Part shown: piece by piece, positions 1 to 12,220 of the stretch
Numbering within the stretch: position 1 is the first letter of the stretch
How the letters are laid out: every line of letters begins with the position of its first letter
Made by a program: the position numbers and the translations under genes
DNA from: an uncultured Pelagibacteraceae bacterium
GTDB taxonomy: Bacteria > Pseudomonadota > Alphaproteobacteria > Pelagibacterales > Pelagibacteraceae
Direction of reading: 5' to 3'
Length of the DNA stretch: 64,000 nt
Assembly: GCA_902538445.1 (NCBI GenBank)
Contig: CACBFE010000005.1
Coordinates: forward strand, 1,319 to 65,318
Notes under the pieces: generated by a model
The model's database searches: none
What the model was told of the DNA's origin: nothing
Seen by the model: the letters and a program-made list of their open reading frames with translations, nothing else

Positions 1-2
1 CT

Positions 3-224
3 TTTTACGTTTTTCCTAATTGCAAAAAATTACTGAACAACAAAACTAAACTTAAAACTGACAAAGACTTTGTAGAAAAGTTATTGGAAAAAGCCGAGGT
101 AGCTGTGGTTCAAGGTTCTGCTTTTGGTTTAGAAGGTTACTTTAGAATATCTTATGCCACATCAATGGATAATTTAAAGAAAGCAATGGATAGAATTAAA
201 TCTTTTTGTAATAGCCTTAATTAG
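3..224 (+). CDS. PLP-dependent aminotransferase class I/II (aspartate aminotransferase-like), C-terminal part, truncated by window start
   Basis: Manual translation FYVFPNC...AEVAVVQGSAFGLEGYFRISYATSMDNLKKAMDRIKSFCNSLN*; typical class I aminotransferase C-terminus (FY.FP, V.PG..F, FRISYA). Confidence 0.85.
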   Translation, partial: FYVFPNCKKLLNNKTKLKTDKDFVEKLLEKAEVAVVQGSAFGLEGYFRISYATSMDNLKKAMDRIKSFCNSLN

Positions 225-1167
225 ACTCAGATAAATATTTTTCAGCTTCAAGTGCAGACATACAGCCCATACCAGCTGCTGTAACAGCTTGTCTAAAAAT
301 TTTGTCTTTTACATCACCCGCCGCAAATACTCCTGGAATATTTGTAGCCGTCGAGTCAGGTTGAGTTATAAGGTATCCTTCTTTATCCATTTTTAATTGA
401 TCTTTGAACAAAGATGTCGCTGGATCATGACCTATAGCAATAAATAAACCGTCAACTTTAAGATCTTTAACTTTATTATCTTTTACATTTTTAATTTTTA
501 ATGCATTCACAGTTTTAGGCTCTTTTGTACCTAATACGTCTTCAACAACGCTGTCCCAAATAATTTCTATTTTTTTGTTTGCTTTTAATTTTGCTTGAAG
601 CATTTTTTCTGCTCTTAATTCATTCCTTCTATGGATTAGATAAACTTTTGAAGCAAACTTAGTTAGAAACATTGCTTCTTCAACAGCTGCGTTTCCTCCG
701 CCAACTACAGCTACTTCTTTTTCTTTAAAGAAAAATCCATCGCATGTAGCGCAAGCTGAAACTCCAAAACCCCTGAATTCTTGCTCAGACTTCAAATTTA
801 ACCATCTAGCTTGTGCGCCTGTTGAAATTATGAAACTATCTGCAGTGTAAATTTGTCCGCTATCACCAGTTGCTGTGAAAGGTTTTTTAGTTAAATCAAC
901 TTTACTTATGTGATCTTGTATCATTTCTGTTCCAACAGCTTCAGCTTGGCCTTTCATTTCATCCATAAGCCAAGGACCTTGAATTACTTTTGAATATCCA
1001 GGGTAATTTTCAACATCAGTAGTTGTAGTTAATTGTCCTCCTGGTTGAGAACCGTGGACAAGTATTGGTTTTAACATTGCTCTAGCCGCATAAATAGCCG
1101 CTGTATAACCAGCGGGACCGGATCCAAGAATTAACACTTTTGTATGTTTTGTTGATTTATTATTCAT
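217..1167 (-). CDS. trxB: Thioredoxin-disulfide reductase
   Basis: GSGPAGYTAA, CATCDG redox motif, GGGNAAVEEA, GVFAAGDV; start set at ATG 1167 (MNNKSTK) instead of the ORF-track 1209. Confidence 0.97.
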   Translation of the reverse strand: MNNKSTKHTKVLILGSGPAGYTAAIYAARAMLKPILVHGSQPGGQLTTTTDVENYPGYSKVIQGPWLMDEMKGQAEAVGTEMIQDHISKVDLTKKPFTATGDSGQIYTADSFIISTGAQARWLNLKSEQEFRGFGVSACATCDGFFFKEKEVAVVGGGNAAVEEAMFLTKFASKVYLIHRRNELRAEKMLQAKLKANKKIEIIWDSVVEDVLGTKEPKTVNALKIKNVKDNKVKDLKVDGLFIAIGHDPATSLFKDQLKMDKEGYLITQPDSTATNIPGVFAAGDVKDKIFRQAVTAAGMGCMSALEAEKYLSESN

Positions 1168-1190
1168 TATGTAAAGGTATATAGTAACTA

Positions 1191-2144
1191 ATGTTAGAAT
1201 TAAAAGCACTTCTTTTAACTCAAGGTATGCACGGCATGGTTAGCCAAGTAGAGGGATTAGCTAAAGCATTGGGCCTAAGTTATAAACACCAAAAAATTGA
1301 ATTAAAATCTTTTTGGAATTTAGTTCCTCCAAAAATCAGTCCAATTTCAGAAAATTTGGTAAAAAACAAATTCGTGTGTGATTGTAAGGTTATAATATCA
1401 TGTGGAAGAAAAAGTGTAATACCATCAATAGCTTTAAAAAAAAGATTAGGTGATCAAATTTTCAATATTCACGTACAAGATCCAAAAATATCCTTTAAAT
1501 ATTTTGACTTAATTGTAAGTCCAGAACATGATAATTTAAAAGGTGAAAATGTCATTAGCACAACTGGAGCTATTCATTATTTAACCAAAAAAGAAATAAT
1601 GGATAACTCTCAATACTTGGGAATAGAGAGAGATAAAAGAAGAGAATTAGTTGCCTTTATTATTGGCGGACCAAATAAATATTACAAGTACTCTGAAAAA
1701 CAAATTCATGAACTTTTTAATAAAATAAAAACTTTATTCACTCCAGATAAATTTAAGATTATTGTTATACCCTCTTATCGTACTCCTGAAAATATTTTAA
1801 AAATGGCATTTAACACTTTTAATATTGACCATCATGTAGTAAAAACTATTGACAAGAAAGCTTATCTTTCAGCATTAGCAATTTCAAATTACATAGTTGT
1901 TACATGTGACTCTACGTCAATGATTTCAGAAGCGGCCATGACCGGTAAACCAGTTTACATTGCAATGATGAAATCTATTAAACCTACGGGAAGATTTAAA
2001 AAATTTTATTCACAATTAAGAGATTTAGGTATAACAAGAGAGTTAGAAAATAGTGTTGAAAGTTGGAGTTATAACAAATTAAATGAAGTTACTAGAATAG
2101 CGCCGATAGTGAAAGCAAAAATGAAAAAAAATGGAATTATTTAA
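1191..2144 (+). CDS. ELM1/DUF1022-like (mitochondrial fission ELM1 family) protein, putative nucleotide-sugar binding
   Basis: GM.SQ..GLA N-terminus, IHVQDPK...FDLIV.PEHD, IGG, VT.DS.SMISEA..TGKPV motifs. Confidence 0.8.
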   Translation: MLELKALLLTQGMHGMVSQVEGLAKALGLSYKHQKIELKSFWNLVPPKISPISENLVKNKFVCDCKVIISCGRKSVIPSIALKKRLGDQIFNIHVQDPKISFKYFDLIVSPEHDNLKGENVISTTGAIHYLTKKEIMDNSQYLGIERDKRRELVAFIIGGPNKYYKYSEKQIHELFNKIKTLFTPDKFKIIVIPSYRTPENILKMAFNTFNIDHHVVKTIDKKAYLSALAISNYIVVTCDSTSMISEAAMTGKPVYIAMMKSIKPTGRFKKFYSQLRDLGITRELENSVESWSYNKLNEVTRIAPIVKAKMKKNGII

Positions 2145-2796
2145 ATCTTTAGAAAAAAAAACGAAATTATTTAACGATCCTTTTAAACACTTTGAAATTA
2201 ATGAGCCATTAACTCAAAATGCAATAGATGAGATTTGTAGCGCTGAGATAGCTGATCCTAGAAAACAAAATTTAAATTATGATGGAACAAGAGCTCTTGA
2301 CGGTGGTGAAGGAACTTTTCGAGAAGGAATAAAAGATGGAGGTAAAGCAAAAAAACTTAGATGTTACGTTACAAAAGAGAACTCTGGTCAATTTCCTTAT
2401 CTTACAAAATTTATTGAGGAATTGAGATCACCCGAAGTTTATAAAAAGATAGGTTCTCTAATTGGAAAAGATTTAAGAAATTCTTATGTAAGACTTGAAG
2501 TAATTAGCGATCGAGAAGGTTTTTGGCTTAAACCCCATTGCGATATAAAAGAGAAACTAATGTCTTCAATAGTTTTTGTTAATTTACATAACGAGTCAGA
2601 AAATTTAGGAACTGATTTCTATGATGAAAAATTAAATAAAGTTAAAACTGTTCCTTACAAACATAATTACGGATACTTCTTTACTAGTGGACCAAATACT
2701 TGGCATGGGATGGAAAAAAAAGAGATTAAGAAAGAGAGAAGATGTATTCAAATAAACTATGTTACTTTTGAAACAGATTGGAAGGTTAAAAGTTAA
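2131..2796 (+). CDS. 2OG-Fe(II) oxygenase family protein
   Basis: FWLKPHCD (HxD), distal TWHG His, RRCIQINY Arg; PF.H N-terminal motif. Confidence 0.8.
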   Translation: MELFKSLEKKTKLFNDPFKHFEINEPLTQNAIDEICSAEIADPRKQNLNYDGTRALDGGEGTFREGIKDGGKAKKLRCYVTKENSGQFPYLTKFIEELRSPEVYKKIGSLIGKDLRNSYVRLEVISDREGFWLKPHCDIKEKLMSSIVFVNLHNESENLGTDFYDEKLNKVKTVPYKHNYGYFFTSGPNTWHGMEKKEIKKERRCIQINYVTFETDWKVKS

Positions 2797-5700
2797 ATAT
2801 CTTGTAAAGAAGTAACACTAATATCTCTCAATTTTAGAGATTTAATACCCTCCAAACAAACCTTAGCTGTTGACATGTTTGTGCAATACGGAACTTTATT
2901 AGCTAAAGTAGCTCTTCTCAAAGCAACTGCATCACTTAATTGCGACTCACTATTCCCACCGCCTGTATTGATCACCAAAGCTATTTTTTTTGAATTAAGA
3001 ACATCAACAATATGCGGGGACCCCTGATTAACTTTATTTATCTTTTTACATTTAATTCCGTGTTTGCTTATATAATCAGCAGTGCCACCAGTTCCGCAAA
3101 GTTTGAAATTTAATTCAACTAACTGTTTTGCTAATTGCACCCCTTCTTTTTTATGACTATTTTTTAAAGAGATAAAAGCTAAGCCTTTTTTAGGCAGAGA
3201 ATTTGATGCTGCGATTTGACTTTTAGCAAATGCCATTCCAAAATTTTTATCAAAACCCATCACTTCACCCGTAGATTTCATTTCTGGTCCAAGTAAAAGA
3301 TCGCTGTTTGGAAATTTATTGAATGGGAATACCGCCTCTTTAACTGCAAACATTTCTTTCGTTTTTCTTTTTAAGTTAAACTTAGTTAATTTTTCTCCAG
3401 CCATCACTCTTGAGGCTATCTTAGCAAGTGGTAAACTTTTTGCTTTTGAAACAAATGGAACAGTTCTACTAGCTCTTGGATTTACCTCGATCACATAAAT
3501 TTTATCGTTTTTAATTGCATATTGGACATTCATGAAACCTTTAACCTTAAGTGCTAGAGCTAATTTTTTTGTTTGATTTTCAATTTCTTTTATTAAAAAA
3601 GATTTAATTGATACCGGCGGTAGACTACAAGCAGAGTCACCTGAGTGAATTCCAGCTTCTTCTATATGTTGCATAATACCAGCTACGAAAACATTTTTTC
3701 CGTCTGATATAGCGTCAACATCAACTTCCATTGCATTATCAATAAACTTATCAATTAAGATTGGATTTTTTTCTGCTACTTTAAACGCTTCTTTTACAAA
3801 GTTCTTAAGCTGGCTTTTTTCATAAACTATTTCCATAGCTCTTCCACCTAGTACATAAGAAGGTCTTACCATTAAAGGCAAACCTATTTTATCAGCTATC
3901 TTAATTGCTTGAGGAAAAGTTTTTGCTATACCACTTTCGGCTTGATTTAAATTTAACTTTTTTAAAAGATTTCTAAATCTGTTCCTATCTTCGGCAAGAT
4001 CAATCGATGTATACTGTGTACCTAAAATCGGAAGTTTGTTGTCGTGCAAAAATTTTGCAAGTTTTATAGGTGTTTGACCCCCAAACTGCGTAATTACTCC
4101 TTTTACATTACCTTTTGATTTCTCTTTTTTTATAATGTTAAAAACATATTCATCAATTAAGGGTTCAAAATACAATCTATCACTTGTATCGTAATCTGTT
4201 GATACAGTTTCCGGATTACAATTGACCATAATAGTTTCATACTTAGCTTCTTTAAGAGCAAAACTAGCTTGGCAACAGCAATAATCAAACTCAATTCCTT
4301 GACCAATTCTATTTGGACCTCCACCCAGTATAATAATTTTATTTTTACTAGAAGGGTCAGACTCACATTCTACATAAGATGAGAAATGTCTTTGATAAGT
4401 AGAATACATGTATGGAGTAAAAGATCTAAATTCTGCAGCACAAGTATCTACTTTTTTATAAACTGGTAAAACTTTTAACGCAGTTCTTTTTTTTCTAATT
4501 AATGACTCCGAAGTGTTAGTGAGTTCCGATAATTTTTTATCAGAAAATCCTATTGATTTAATATAATTGAATTCATTGAAAGTTTTTGGAAGACCTTTTT
4601 TCTTCATTTTGATTTCACTATCTATGATCTCTTTAATTTGACTTAAAAACCAAGGGTCTATTTTTGAAAGATTATATATTTTATTTAAATTGATTTTTTT
4701 TCTAATAGCTTCTGCAATGAGTAGTATCTTATTGGGAATATTTTCCTTTAGCTTCTTTTCTATTTTTTCTTTACTAAGATTAAATATTTGATCTAAACCT
4801 GAGAAACCTGTCTCCAAAGAAACCAAAGCTTTTTGCAAGGACTCTTTAAAGTTTCTGCCTATCGCCATAGCCTCACCTACAGATTTCATTGACGTTCCCA
4901 AAACTGCGGCTGAAGTTGAGAATTTTTCAAAGGTAAATCTTGGAATTTTTGTCACTACATAATCTATTGTAGGCTCAAAGGATGCAGGAGTTACTTTTGT
5001 GATTTCATTTTTTAATTCATCTAAAGTATATCCAACCGCTAGCTTTGCGGCTACTTTTGCTATTGGAAAACCAGTTGCTTTAGAAGCTAGAGCAGATGAC
5101 CTTGAAACTCTTGGGTTCATCTCAATGATTACCATCCTTCCATTTTTTGGATTGATCGCAAATTGAACATTAGATCCACCTGTTTCTACTCCAATTTTTC
5201 TTAAGCAAGCTATAGAAGCATTTCTCATAACTTGGTACTCTTTGTCAGTTAAAGTAAGCGCAGGTGCAATAGTTACGGAGTCACCAGTATGTATGCCCAT
5301 AGGATCTACATTTTCTATTGAACAGATAATAATACAATTATCATTTTTATCTCTTACTACTTCCATTTCAAATTCCTTCCAACCTTCTAGACACTCCTCT
5401 ACTAAAACTTGATTTACAGGCGACTCATGTAGTCCATTCTTTATTATTTTAAAAAACTCTTTTTTATTTTTAGCAATACCACCGCCTAACCCACCAAGAG
5501 TGAACGCTGGTCTAATGATTGCAGGTAATCCGATCTGCTTTAATGCTTGGGTAGACTGATTAAAGTTATTTACAATTTTTGATTTAGGAAGATCTAAACC
5601 AATCTCAATCATGTTTTTTCTAAACTTTTTTCTATCCTCAGCATTAGATATTGCTTTTGAATTGGCGCCTATAAGTTCAATTTTATATTTTTTAAGAATT

Positions 5701-6017
5701 CCTTTTTTCTCAGCCTCCATTGCTAAATTTAATGCAGTTTGGCCTCCCATGGTCGGTAATATTGCATCGGGTTTTTCTTTAATAAGAATTTTCTCAAGAA
5801 CTTCTATCGTAATAGGTTCTATGTAAGTTTTATCTGCAACATTTGGGTCAGTCATTATAGTTGCTGGATTAGAGTTTACTAAAATTACTTTAAATCCCTC
5901 ATCTTTTAATGCTTTACACGCTTGAGTTCCCGAGTAATCAAATTCACAGGCTTGACCAATGATGATTGGTCCAGCTCCAACAACTAAAATCTTTTTAATG
6001 TCTTTTCTTTTTGGCAT
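2793..6017 (-). CDS. carB: Carbamoyl-phosphate synthase large subunit
   Basis: [30 protein letters not shown], duplicated ATP-grasp domains, C-terminal MGS domain. Confidence 0.99.
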   Translation of the reverse strand: MPKRKDIKKILVVGAGPIIIGQACEFDYSGTQACKALKDEGFKVILVNSNPATIMTDPNVADKTYIEPITIEVLEKILIKEKPDAILPTMGGQTALNLAMEAEKKGILKKYKIELIGANSKAISNAEDRKKFRKNMIEIGLDLPKSKIVNNFNQSTQALKQIGLPAIIRPAFTLGGLGGGIAKNKKEFFKIIKNGLHESPVNQVLVEECLEGWKEFEMEVVRDKNDNCIIICSIENVDPMGIHTGDSVTIAPALTLTDKEYQVMRNASIACLRKIGVETGGSNVQFAINPKNGRMVIIEMNPRVSRSSALASKATGFPIAKVAAKLAVGYTLDELKNEITKVTPASFEPTIDYVVTKIPRFTFEKFSTSAAVLGTSMKSVGEAMAIGRNFKESLQKALVSLETGFSGLDQIFNLSKEKIEKKLKENIPNKILLIAEAIRKKINLNKIYNLSKIDPWFLSQIKEIIDSEIKMKKKGLPKTFNEFNYIKSIGFSDKKLSELTNTSESLIRKKRTALKVLPVYKKVDTCAAEFRSFTPYMYSTYQRHFSSYVECESDPSSKNKIIILGGGPNRIGQGIEFDYCCCQASFALKEAKYETIMVNCNPETVSTDYDTSDRLYFEPLIDEYVFNIIKKEKSKGNVKGVITQFGGQTPIKLAKFLHDNKLPILGTQYTSIDLAEDRNRFRNLLKKLNLNQAESGIAKTFPQAIKIADKIGLPLMVRPSYVLGGRAMEIVYEKSQLKNFVKEAFKVAEKNPILIDKFIDNAMEVDVDAISDGKNVFVAGIMQHIEEAGIHSGDSACSLPPVSIKSFLIKEIENQTKKLALALKVKGFMNVQYAIKNDKIYVIEVNPRASRTVPFVSKAKSLPLAKIASRVMAGEKLTKFNLKRKTKEMFAVKEAVFPFNKFPNSDLLLGPEMKSTGEVMGFDKNFGMAFAKSQIAASNSLPKKGLAFISLKNSHKKEGVQLAKQLVELNFKLCGTGGTADYISKHGIKCKKINKVNQGSPHIVDVLNSKKIALVINTGGGNSESQLSDAVALRRATLANKVPYCTNMSTAKVCLEGIKSLKLRDISVTSLQDI

Positions 6018-7203
6018 ATCTTTTCATACTATTTATAAATTCTTCAAATAAATAAACACTATCCTGTGGACCTGGGTTAGACTCAGGATGATATTGCACA
6101 GAATAAACAGGTTTATTTTTCAATTTTATTCCCTCAATACTATTATCAAAAAGAGATTGATGAGTAATTTGTATGTTGCTTTTTAAACTACTTTTCACAA
6201 CTTCAAACCCATGGTTTTGACTAGTAATTTCTACATTCCCATTAATTAAATTTTTGACTGGATGATTCGCACCTCTGTGACCAAGACTCATTTTTTTTGT
6301 TTTTGCGCCCAATGCTAAAGCAAGAATTTGATGACCTAGACAAATACCGAATATAGGCAAATTGTTTTTGATTAATTCTTTTACTATTGGTATTGCATAT
6401 TTACCTGTTGCAGCTGGGTCACCTGGTCCATTGGATAGAAAAATTCCGTTTGGTTTTAACTTAATTATATCAGAAGCTAATGTTTTGCATGAAACCACCG
6501 TAACTTTACAATTAAAATCTGAAAAATATCTTAAAATATTTTTTTTTACTCCATAATCTATTGCAACAACGTGGAAGTTTTTTTTATCATTTTTCACAAA
6601 ACCAGCTTCTTTTTTCCATGTTTTAAAACCTTTCCAAATATAATTTTTTTTTGTAGAAACTTTTTGGGCTAAATCTAAATTTTTAAGTCCACTCCATTTT
6701 TGTGTTTGTCTAAGAAGTTTTTTAATATTTAGTTTATTATTTTTTGAGAATGATATGGTTCCTTTAGGGGCTCCTTTATCTCTTATAATACTTGTAAGAT
6801 TTCTTGTGTCGATGCCAGTAATGCCAACAATTTTATTTTTCTTTAACCAATCATCCAGGTGTTTAAGTGCTCTGTAGTTAGAAGGACTTGTAATCTCAGA
6901 GTTTATAATAACTCCCTTCGTCCAGATTTTATCAGACTCATGATCTTCGAGATTAGTCCCTACATTTCCAACGTGTGGGAATGTGAAATTTATAATTTGT
7001 TCAGCGTAAGATGGGTCTGATATAATTTCTTGGTATCCAGTAATAGAGGTATTAAAGCATACTTCACCTGTAGCGGTGCCTTGATAACCTAATCCTAGGC
7101 CTCTAAAAAATTTACCGTTTTGTAGAATTAAAATAGCAGTGGTATCGATCTTGTTAAGATTTTTAATTGAGTTTATATTTTGAATAAAAGGTTTCAAATA
7201 CAA
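5995..7203 (-). CDS. carA: Carbamoyl-phosphate synthase small subunit
   Basis: [34 protein letters not shown]; exact start uncertain. Confidence 0.98.
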   Translation of the reverse strand: MYLKPFIQNINSIKNLNKIDTTAILILQNGKFFRGLGLGYQGTATGEVCFNTSITGYQEIISDPSYAEQIINFTFPHVGNVGTNLEDHESDKIWTKGVIINSEITSPSNYRALKHLDDWLKKNKIVGITGIDTRNLTSIIRDKGAPKGTISFSKNNKLNIKKLLRQTQKWSGLKNLDLAQKVSTKKNYIWKGFKTWKKEAGFVKNDKKNFHVVAIDYGVKKNILRYFSDFNCKVTVVSCKTLASDIIKLKPNGIFLSNGPGDPAATGKYAIPIVKELIKNNLPIFGICLGHQILALALGAKTKKMSLGHRGANHPVKNLINGNVEITSQNHGFEVVKSSLKSNIQITHQSLFDNSIEGIKLKNKPVYSVQYHPESNPGPQDSVYLFEEFINSMKRYAKKKRH

Positions 7204-7325
7204 CTCATGAGTTAAAGTAAAATACTTATAAACATGATTTTGCGCAACATATGAAATAGTAATAAAATCGTCAAGAAAGTTCTTTTTATTTTAGATAAGA
7301 ATTGTGATTAAAATAATTTTTAAAC

Positions 7326-7781
7326 ATGTCTTTAAAAAAGCAAATTAACGAAAAACTTAATCAAGCACTTAAAGCTAAGGACAAGAGCACGTACCCAACC
7401 CTTAGGCTTGTAGTGTCAGCGATAAAAGATGCTGAGATTGCCTTTAGAACCAAAGGTCAAAAAGAAATGGCCGATAGCGATATAATGGCAATTTTAAAAA
7501 AAATGATTAAACAGAGAAATGAGTCTTGCGAGGTATACAAAAAAGCTGGTCGTAACGAGCTTCTAGAAAATGAAACAAAAGAAATTGAAGTAATAAGTAA
7601 TTTTTTACCCAAACAACTAAGTGAAGAAGAGACTAAAAAGTTATGTCAGGAAGCAGTAAAATCTTCTGGAGCATCTTCCATGAAAGACATGGGAAAAGTC
7701 ATGGGAATATTAAAATCAAAAAATGCGGACACTCTTGATTTTTCAAAAGTCAGCTCAATTATTAAAGAACTTTTGAATTAA
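7326..7781 (+). CDS. GatB/YqeY domain protein
   Basis: LRL..SAIK..EI, KQR.ES...Y.KAGR.EL...E, LPKQLSEEE, DMGKVMG. Confidence 0.93.
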   Translation: MSLKKQINEKLNQALKAKDKSTYPTLRLVVSAIKDAEIAFRTKGQKEMADSDIMAILKKMIKQRNESCEVYKKAGRNELLENETKEIEVISNFLPKQLSEEETKKLCQEAVKSSGASSMKDMGKVMGILKSKNADTLDFSKVSSIIKELLN

Positions 7782-9569
7782 ATGAAATATCCAAAAGAAT
7801 ATCTTGATGAAATAAAATTAAGATTGAAAGTTTCTCAAGTTGTAGGAAAAACAGTTCAATTAAAAAAAAGAGGAAAGGAATTTATTGGACTTTCACCTTT
7901 TAAAAATGAAAAAAGTCCTTCATTTACTGTTAATGATGAAAAAGAATTTTATCACTGTTTTAGCAGCGGTGAACATGGAAATATTTTTGATTTTTTAATG
8001 AAAACAAAATCAATTGGATTTGGAGAGGCCGTAAGATCTTTAGCTGCTGAAGCAGGAATGCAACCCTATAGGTTTTCAAATTTTGATCAAAAAAAAGATT
8101 TAAGATTTCAAACGTATAAAAGTATTTTTAAAGATTATTCATATTATTTTCACCAGCAATTATTTAATTCAGACAATAAAGAAGCAAGAGAGTACTTTTT
8201 AAAAAGAGGTTTAGATAAAAAAATTATTGAAGAATTTCAATTAGGTTACGTGCCTTGGAAAAATAACTTCTATGAGGAACTATTAAAAAAATATTCTGAA
8301 GAAGAAATAAACTTAACGGGCCTATATTATAAAAATGATAAAACTGGCAAATTTATAGACAGGTTTAATTCAAGAATAATATTTCCTGTAAACAATATTA
8401 CTGGAGATACAATTGCCTTTGGGGGGAGAATCATACGCGAGAGTAAATTAGCTAAATATATAAATTCCCCTGAGACTGAATTTTATAAAAAAGGTAATAC
8501 GATTTTTAATTTAGATAAAGCAAAGAATACAAGATCTGAAACAGACGAAGTTTTAGTTGTAGAAGGTTATATGGATGTTGTTAGCGTTTACTCATCTGGA
8601 ATTAAAAACGTTATTGCAAATTCAGGTACTGCTCTGACAGATAGACAGATAAGTTTAATATGGAAATTTTTTTCAAACCCAGTTGTTTGCTTAGATGGTG
8701 ATGAAAGCGGACAAAAAGCTGCATTAAGAATTGCAGAAAAATTATTTCCATATATAAATGAAAAAAACAAAATTTATTTCTCTATTTTGCCAGATGGAAC
8801 AGACCCAGATGATTATATAAAGCAGAAAGGTAAAGATGGATTAATAAATTTGTTAAAAGAAAAACAAATAATCCAGTCTTTTATCTGGAATTATCATCTA
8901 AACAAAATAGACCAGAATAATCCTTACGAAATTTCAAAATTTGAAAAAGAAATTAAAAGTTTGTCATATTCTATTCAGGACGAAACTCTTAAAAAGTATG
9001 TTTTAGAGGATTTTTTAGAAAAAATTAAAAGTTTAACTCCAATTCAATCTTCGAGAAGAAATTTTAAGCACGAACCATATTATAAGAAAAAAAATCGTCA
9101 AATTCTTAAAGAGACGAAAATTTTACACCAAAAAAAGAAAAACTTGTCGAGAATTCAAATAATTGAATTTTCAATTTTGTTTTTAATACTTAATAATTTA
9201 GAAATAGCTTCAAAAAAAATTGAAGAATTATCTAAGATTGAGTTCTTAACTGAAAAAAATGAGGGTTTAAAAAATGCTATAATTAACTCTTTAACCGAGG
9301 GTTATGACAAAGAAATTATTCGATCACATCTAAATACTGAGTACGATAAAATTATCAAAGAAGTAAATGAAAATTCTAATATCCAATTAATTATTGAAAA
9401 TAAGAAAAATGAGGATGTAATAAATTTACTTGAAGAATTAATCGAAGATCACGAGGAGCAAAGTAATTTAAGAAAAATAGAATCTCTGGAGCAAAAATTA
9501 ATTAATAACTTAGATGAAAACTCATATTCAGAGCTTGTTAAGCTTAAAAATCAACTAAATAGTGATTAA
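7782..9569 (+). CDS. dnaG: DNA primase
   Basis: LSPF..EK.PSF zinc-binding region, FGGR, KYINSPET, VEGYMDV, DGD..G TOPRIM. Confidence 0.98.
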   Translation: MKYPKEYLDEIKLRLKVSQVVGKTVQLKKRGKEFIGLSPFKNEKSPSFTVNDEKEFYHCFSSGEHGNIFDFLMKTKSIGFGEAVRSLAAEAGMQPYRFSNFDQKKDLRFQTYKSIFKDYSYYFHQQLFNSDNKEAREYFLKRGLDKKIIEEFQLGYVPWKNNFYEELLKKYSEEEINLTGLYYKNDKTGKFIDRFNSRIIFPVNNITGDTIAFGGRIIRESKLAKYINSPETEFYKKGNTIFNLDKAKNTRSETDEVLVVEGYMDVVSVYSSGIKNVIANSGTALTDRQISLIWKFFSNPVVCLDGDESGQKAALRIAEKLFPYINEKNKIYFSILPDGTDPDDYIKQKGKDGLINLLKEKQIIQSFIWNYHLNKIDQNNPYEISKFEKEIKSLSYSIQDETLKKYVLEDFLEKIKSLTPIQSSRRNFKHEPYYKKKNRQILKETKILHQKKKNLSRIQIIEFSILFLILNNLEIASKKIEELSKIEFLTEKNEGLKNAIINSLTEGYDKEIIRSHLNTEYDKIIKEVNENSNIQLIIENKKNEDVINLLEELIEDHEEQSNLRKIESLEQKLINNLDENSYSELVKLKNQLNSD

Positions 9570-9619
9570 AAAAAGTATAGATTTTTCAGACTAAGACACT
9601 ATATATACACATCTCGACT

Positions 9620-11485
9620 ATGGCAGAAAAAATCATAACAAAATCATTCGAAAGACTTCTTGATAAAGGAAAGCATAGAGGTTTTATAACCTACGAGGAG
9701 CTAGGAAAATCATTAGGCAAGAGAAATAGCACAAACGAAAATATAGAACGTGCTTTGATGATTCTTGTAGATGAAAAAGTCACTTTAGTAGAAAAAAAAT
9801 CTCAATATCAGTCTAATAAGAAAAAAGAAACATCATCACAAGTTGAGGAAAAAACATCTGATAAGAGCGACGATCCAATTAGGATGTACTTAAGAGAAAT
9901 GGGTGGAGTAGAACTTTTATCGAGAGAGGGTGAAATTGCAATCGCAAAAAGAATTGAAGCTGGAAAAGATGTAATGATTAATGCGCTTACACAAAGCCCT
10001 ATTGTAGGAAAAAAAATTTTTGACTGGAAAGGGCAAATTGAAAGTCAACAAATGCTGGTAAGAGATATTATTGACATAGACTCTACTTATGAAGATTTCG
10101 AAGCATTAGATAATGATGATGATTTAAAAATAAATAAAAAATCCAAAACAAAAAAAGAAAAAGATAATACAAGCGAAACTCAAAAAGCCGATGAAAATAC
10201 TAACAGTGAAGACGATGAATTTAATGTTTCACTCGCAAAAATGGAGGAAGAAATTAAGCCAAAAATTATTAACATCTTAGACTCCTTAAACAAAAATTAT
10301 TCAAAATTACAAAAGTATCAATTAGAAAAACTTGATTGTTTATTAGCTTCAAAAGAACTTTCCGTTTCAAAAAACAAAAACTTTAAGAAAATCCAAGAAA
10401 TTTTGGTAGATAATTTTAAAAATTTACAGTTAGCCCCTCACGTCGTTGAAGAATTAGTCCAATCACATTATAGAGAAAATAAAAAAATTGTTTCCCTTGA
10501 GGGTGTCCTTTTAAGATTAGCTATGGATAACAAAATATCACGTGAAGAATTTTTAAAATATTATATCGGCAATGAGATAAATCCGAAATTTGAATCTTTT
10601 TTAAAAGAAAATCCAACTTGGAAAGCTTTTTTTAAAAAATATAAGAAAGATTTTACTGAAATAAAAGATAGACTAGTAGAATTTAGTAAAAAAATTGGTT
10701 TATCTGTAGGTGAATTTAAAAAATTGGTTAGCAGAATTCAGAAAGGTGAAAGAGAGTCAAGAATAGCTAAAAAAGAAATGGTAGAGGCCAATTTGAGGTT
10801 AGTAATATCTATTGCTAAAAAATATACTAACAGAGGTCTTCAATTTTTAGATTTAATTCAAGAGGGAAATATAGGGTTAATGAAAGCAGTAGATAAATTT
10901 GAATATAGAAGAGGATATAAATTTTCAACTTATGCGACTTGGTGGATTAGACAAGCAATCACAAGATCAATAGCGGATCAAGCCAGAACCATTAGAATTC
11001 CAGTTCACATGATCGAAACAATAAACAAAATAGTTAGAACACAACGTCAAATTATGAGTGAGTTTGGAAGAGAACCTACTCCTGAAGAACTAGCAAAAAA
11101 GTTAGCAATGCCACTTGAGAAAGTGCGAAAAGTTTTAAAAATCGCTAAAGAACCAGTTTCACTTGAAACACCAGTTGGAGATGAAGAAGATAGTAGCTTA
11201 GGAGATTTTATTGAGGATAAAAATGCTTTACAGCCATTAGATACTGCCATTCAATCTAACTTGAGTGAGTCAACAACAAAAATTTTGGCATCATTAACTC
11301 CAAGAGAAGAGAGAGTATTAAGAATGCGTTTTGGAATAGGCATGAATACTGACCACACTTTGGAAGAAGTAGGATTACAATTTTCCGTAACACGGGAAAG
11401 AATAAGACAAATCGAAGCAAAAGCTTTAAGAAAGCTTAAACATCCTAGTAGATCAAAACAGCTAAAAAGTTTCTTAGAAAAATAA
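9620..11485 (+). CDS. rpoD: RNA polymerase primary sigma factor
   Basis: [52 protein letters not shown]. Confidence 0.99.
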   Translation: MAEKIITKSFERLLDKGKHRGFITYEELGKSLGKRNSTNENIERALMILVDEKVTLVEKKSQYQSNKKKETSSQVEEKTSDKSDDPIRMYLREMGGVELLSREGEIAIAKRIEAGKDVMINALTQSPIVGKKIFDWKGQIESQQMLVRDIIDIDSTYEDFEALDNDDDLKINKKSKTKKEKDNTSETQKADENTNSEDDEFNVSLAKMEEEIKPKIINILDSLNKNYSKLQKYQLEKLDCLLASKELSVSKNKNFKKIQEILVDNFKNLQLAPHVVEELVQSHYRENKKIVSLEGVLLRLAMDNKISREEFLKYYIGNEINPKFESFLKENPTWKAFFKKYKKDFTEIKDRLVEFSKKIGLSVGEFKKLVSRIQKGERESRIAKKEMVEANLRLVISIAKKYTNRGLQFLDLIQEGNIGLMKAVDKFEYRRGYKFSTYATWWIRQAITRSIADQARTIRIPVHMIETINKIVRTQRQIMSEFGREPTPEELAKKLAMPLEKVRKVLKIAKEPVSLETPVGDEEDSSLGDFIEDKNALQPLDTAIQSNLSESTTKILASLTPREERVLRMRFGIGMNTDHTLEEVGLQFSVTRERIRQIEAKALRKLKHPSRSKQLKSFLEK

Positions 11486-11511
11486 TTAATTGTGATATAA
11501 GAATAATATTT

Positions 11512-11588
11512 GGGCCTGTAGCTCAGTTGGTTAGAGCAGTACACTCATAATGTATTGGTCCCAGGTTCGAGTCCTGGCGGGCCCACCA
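11512..11588 (+). tRNA. tRNA-Ile2 (anticodon CAT, lysidine type)
   Basis: GGGCCTG acceptor pairing with CGGGCCC-A-CCA, TAGCTCAGTTGGTTAGAGC D-arm, GTACA-CTCATAA-TGTAT anticodon arm, GGTTCGAGTCC T-arm; GGGCC acceptor and location after rpoD favour Ile2 over Met. Confidence 0.9.
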
Positions 11589-11613
11589 TTTAAATTCTTT
11601 ATATTAAGAAAAT

Positions 11614-12213
11614 TTAATTTTTTACAAATTCATCCAGCTTACTAATTAATACCTTAATATCGTTATCATTAGAGCTAAGAATTGATGCAAACTCTTCTTT
11701 TTGTGTTCTTGCTAAACTTAAACCTTCTACAATTAAATCTCTTATTAGAGGTTTCTCAGGGTTTTTTGTATAAACTCTCCAGTCAATCTTTATTTCAGGA
11801 CTGCCATCAATAGGGGTTACCTTTGAACTTACGATTGTATATTTGGAACTTTTTTTTTCCTGATCTACCACTTCAAATTTACTTGAGGAGTAGTCCGATA
11901 ACCTTGATGTAAGACTTTTTAAAAAATATTTTTCAAAAGATTCTTGATAATTATTTATATCGTTTTCATCAGAGGATTTTCTTAATTCTCCCAAAGTATA
12001 AAGCCCAAGTGCGTTTATATCTACGTATTCTAAAGCTAGCTGTTCAATAAAATCTGCTTTTTGATTTTTGTCTAGGTCTTTATTAGATAATTTACTTATA
12101 GCTTCGTTTACGAGTTCACTGATGAAATCTTTAGGGTTAGCGCTATATGCATGAAGTTGAGTAGTTTGAAGAAATAAAAAAAAAGAAATAAAATAAATAC
12201 TTACTTTTTTCAT
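11614..12213 (-). CDS. mlaC: MlaC/Ttg2D phospholipid-binding periplasmic protein
   Basis: Signal peptide, IDWRV...IRDLIVEGLSLARTQKEEF.S motif, adjacent to a VacJ gene. Confidence 0.88.
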   Translation of the reverse strand: MKKVSIYFISFFLFLQTTQLHAYSANPKDFISELVNEAISKLSNKDLDKNQKADFIEQLALEYVDINALGLYTLGELRKSSDENDINNYQESFEKYFLKSLTSRLSDYSSSKFEVVDQEKKSSKYTIVSSKVTPIDGSPEIKIDWRVYTKNPEKPLIRDLIVEGLSLARTQKEEFASILSSNDNDIKVLISKLDEFVKN

Positions 12214-12220
12214 TTTGATT

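Noticed and set aside
11512-11588. tRNA-Met assignment, and use of this tRNA as an integration site
   Set aside because: The acceptor stem and context fit Ile2 better (no initiator GGG/CCC anticodon stem); no duplicated 3' end was seen downstream.
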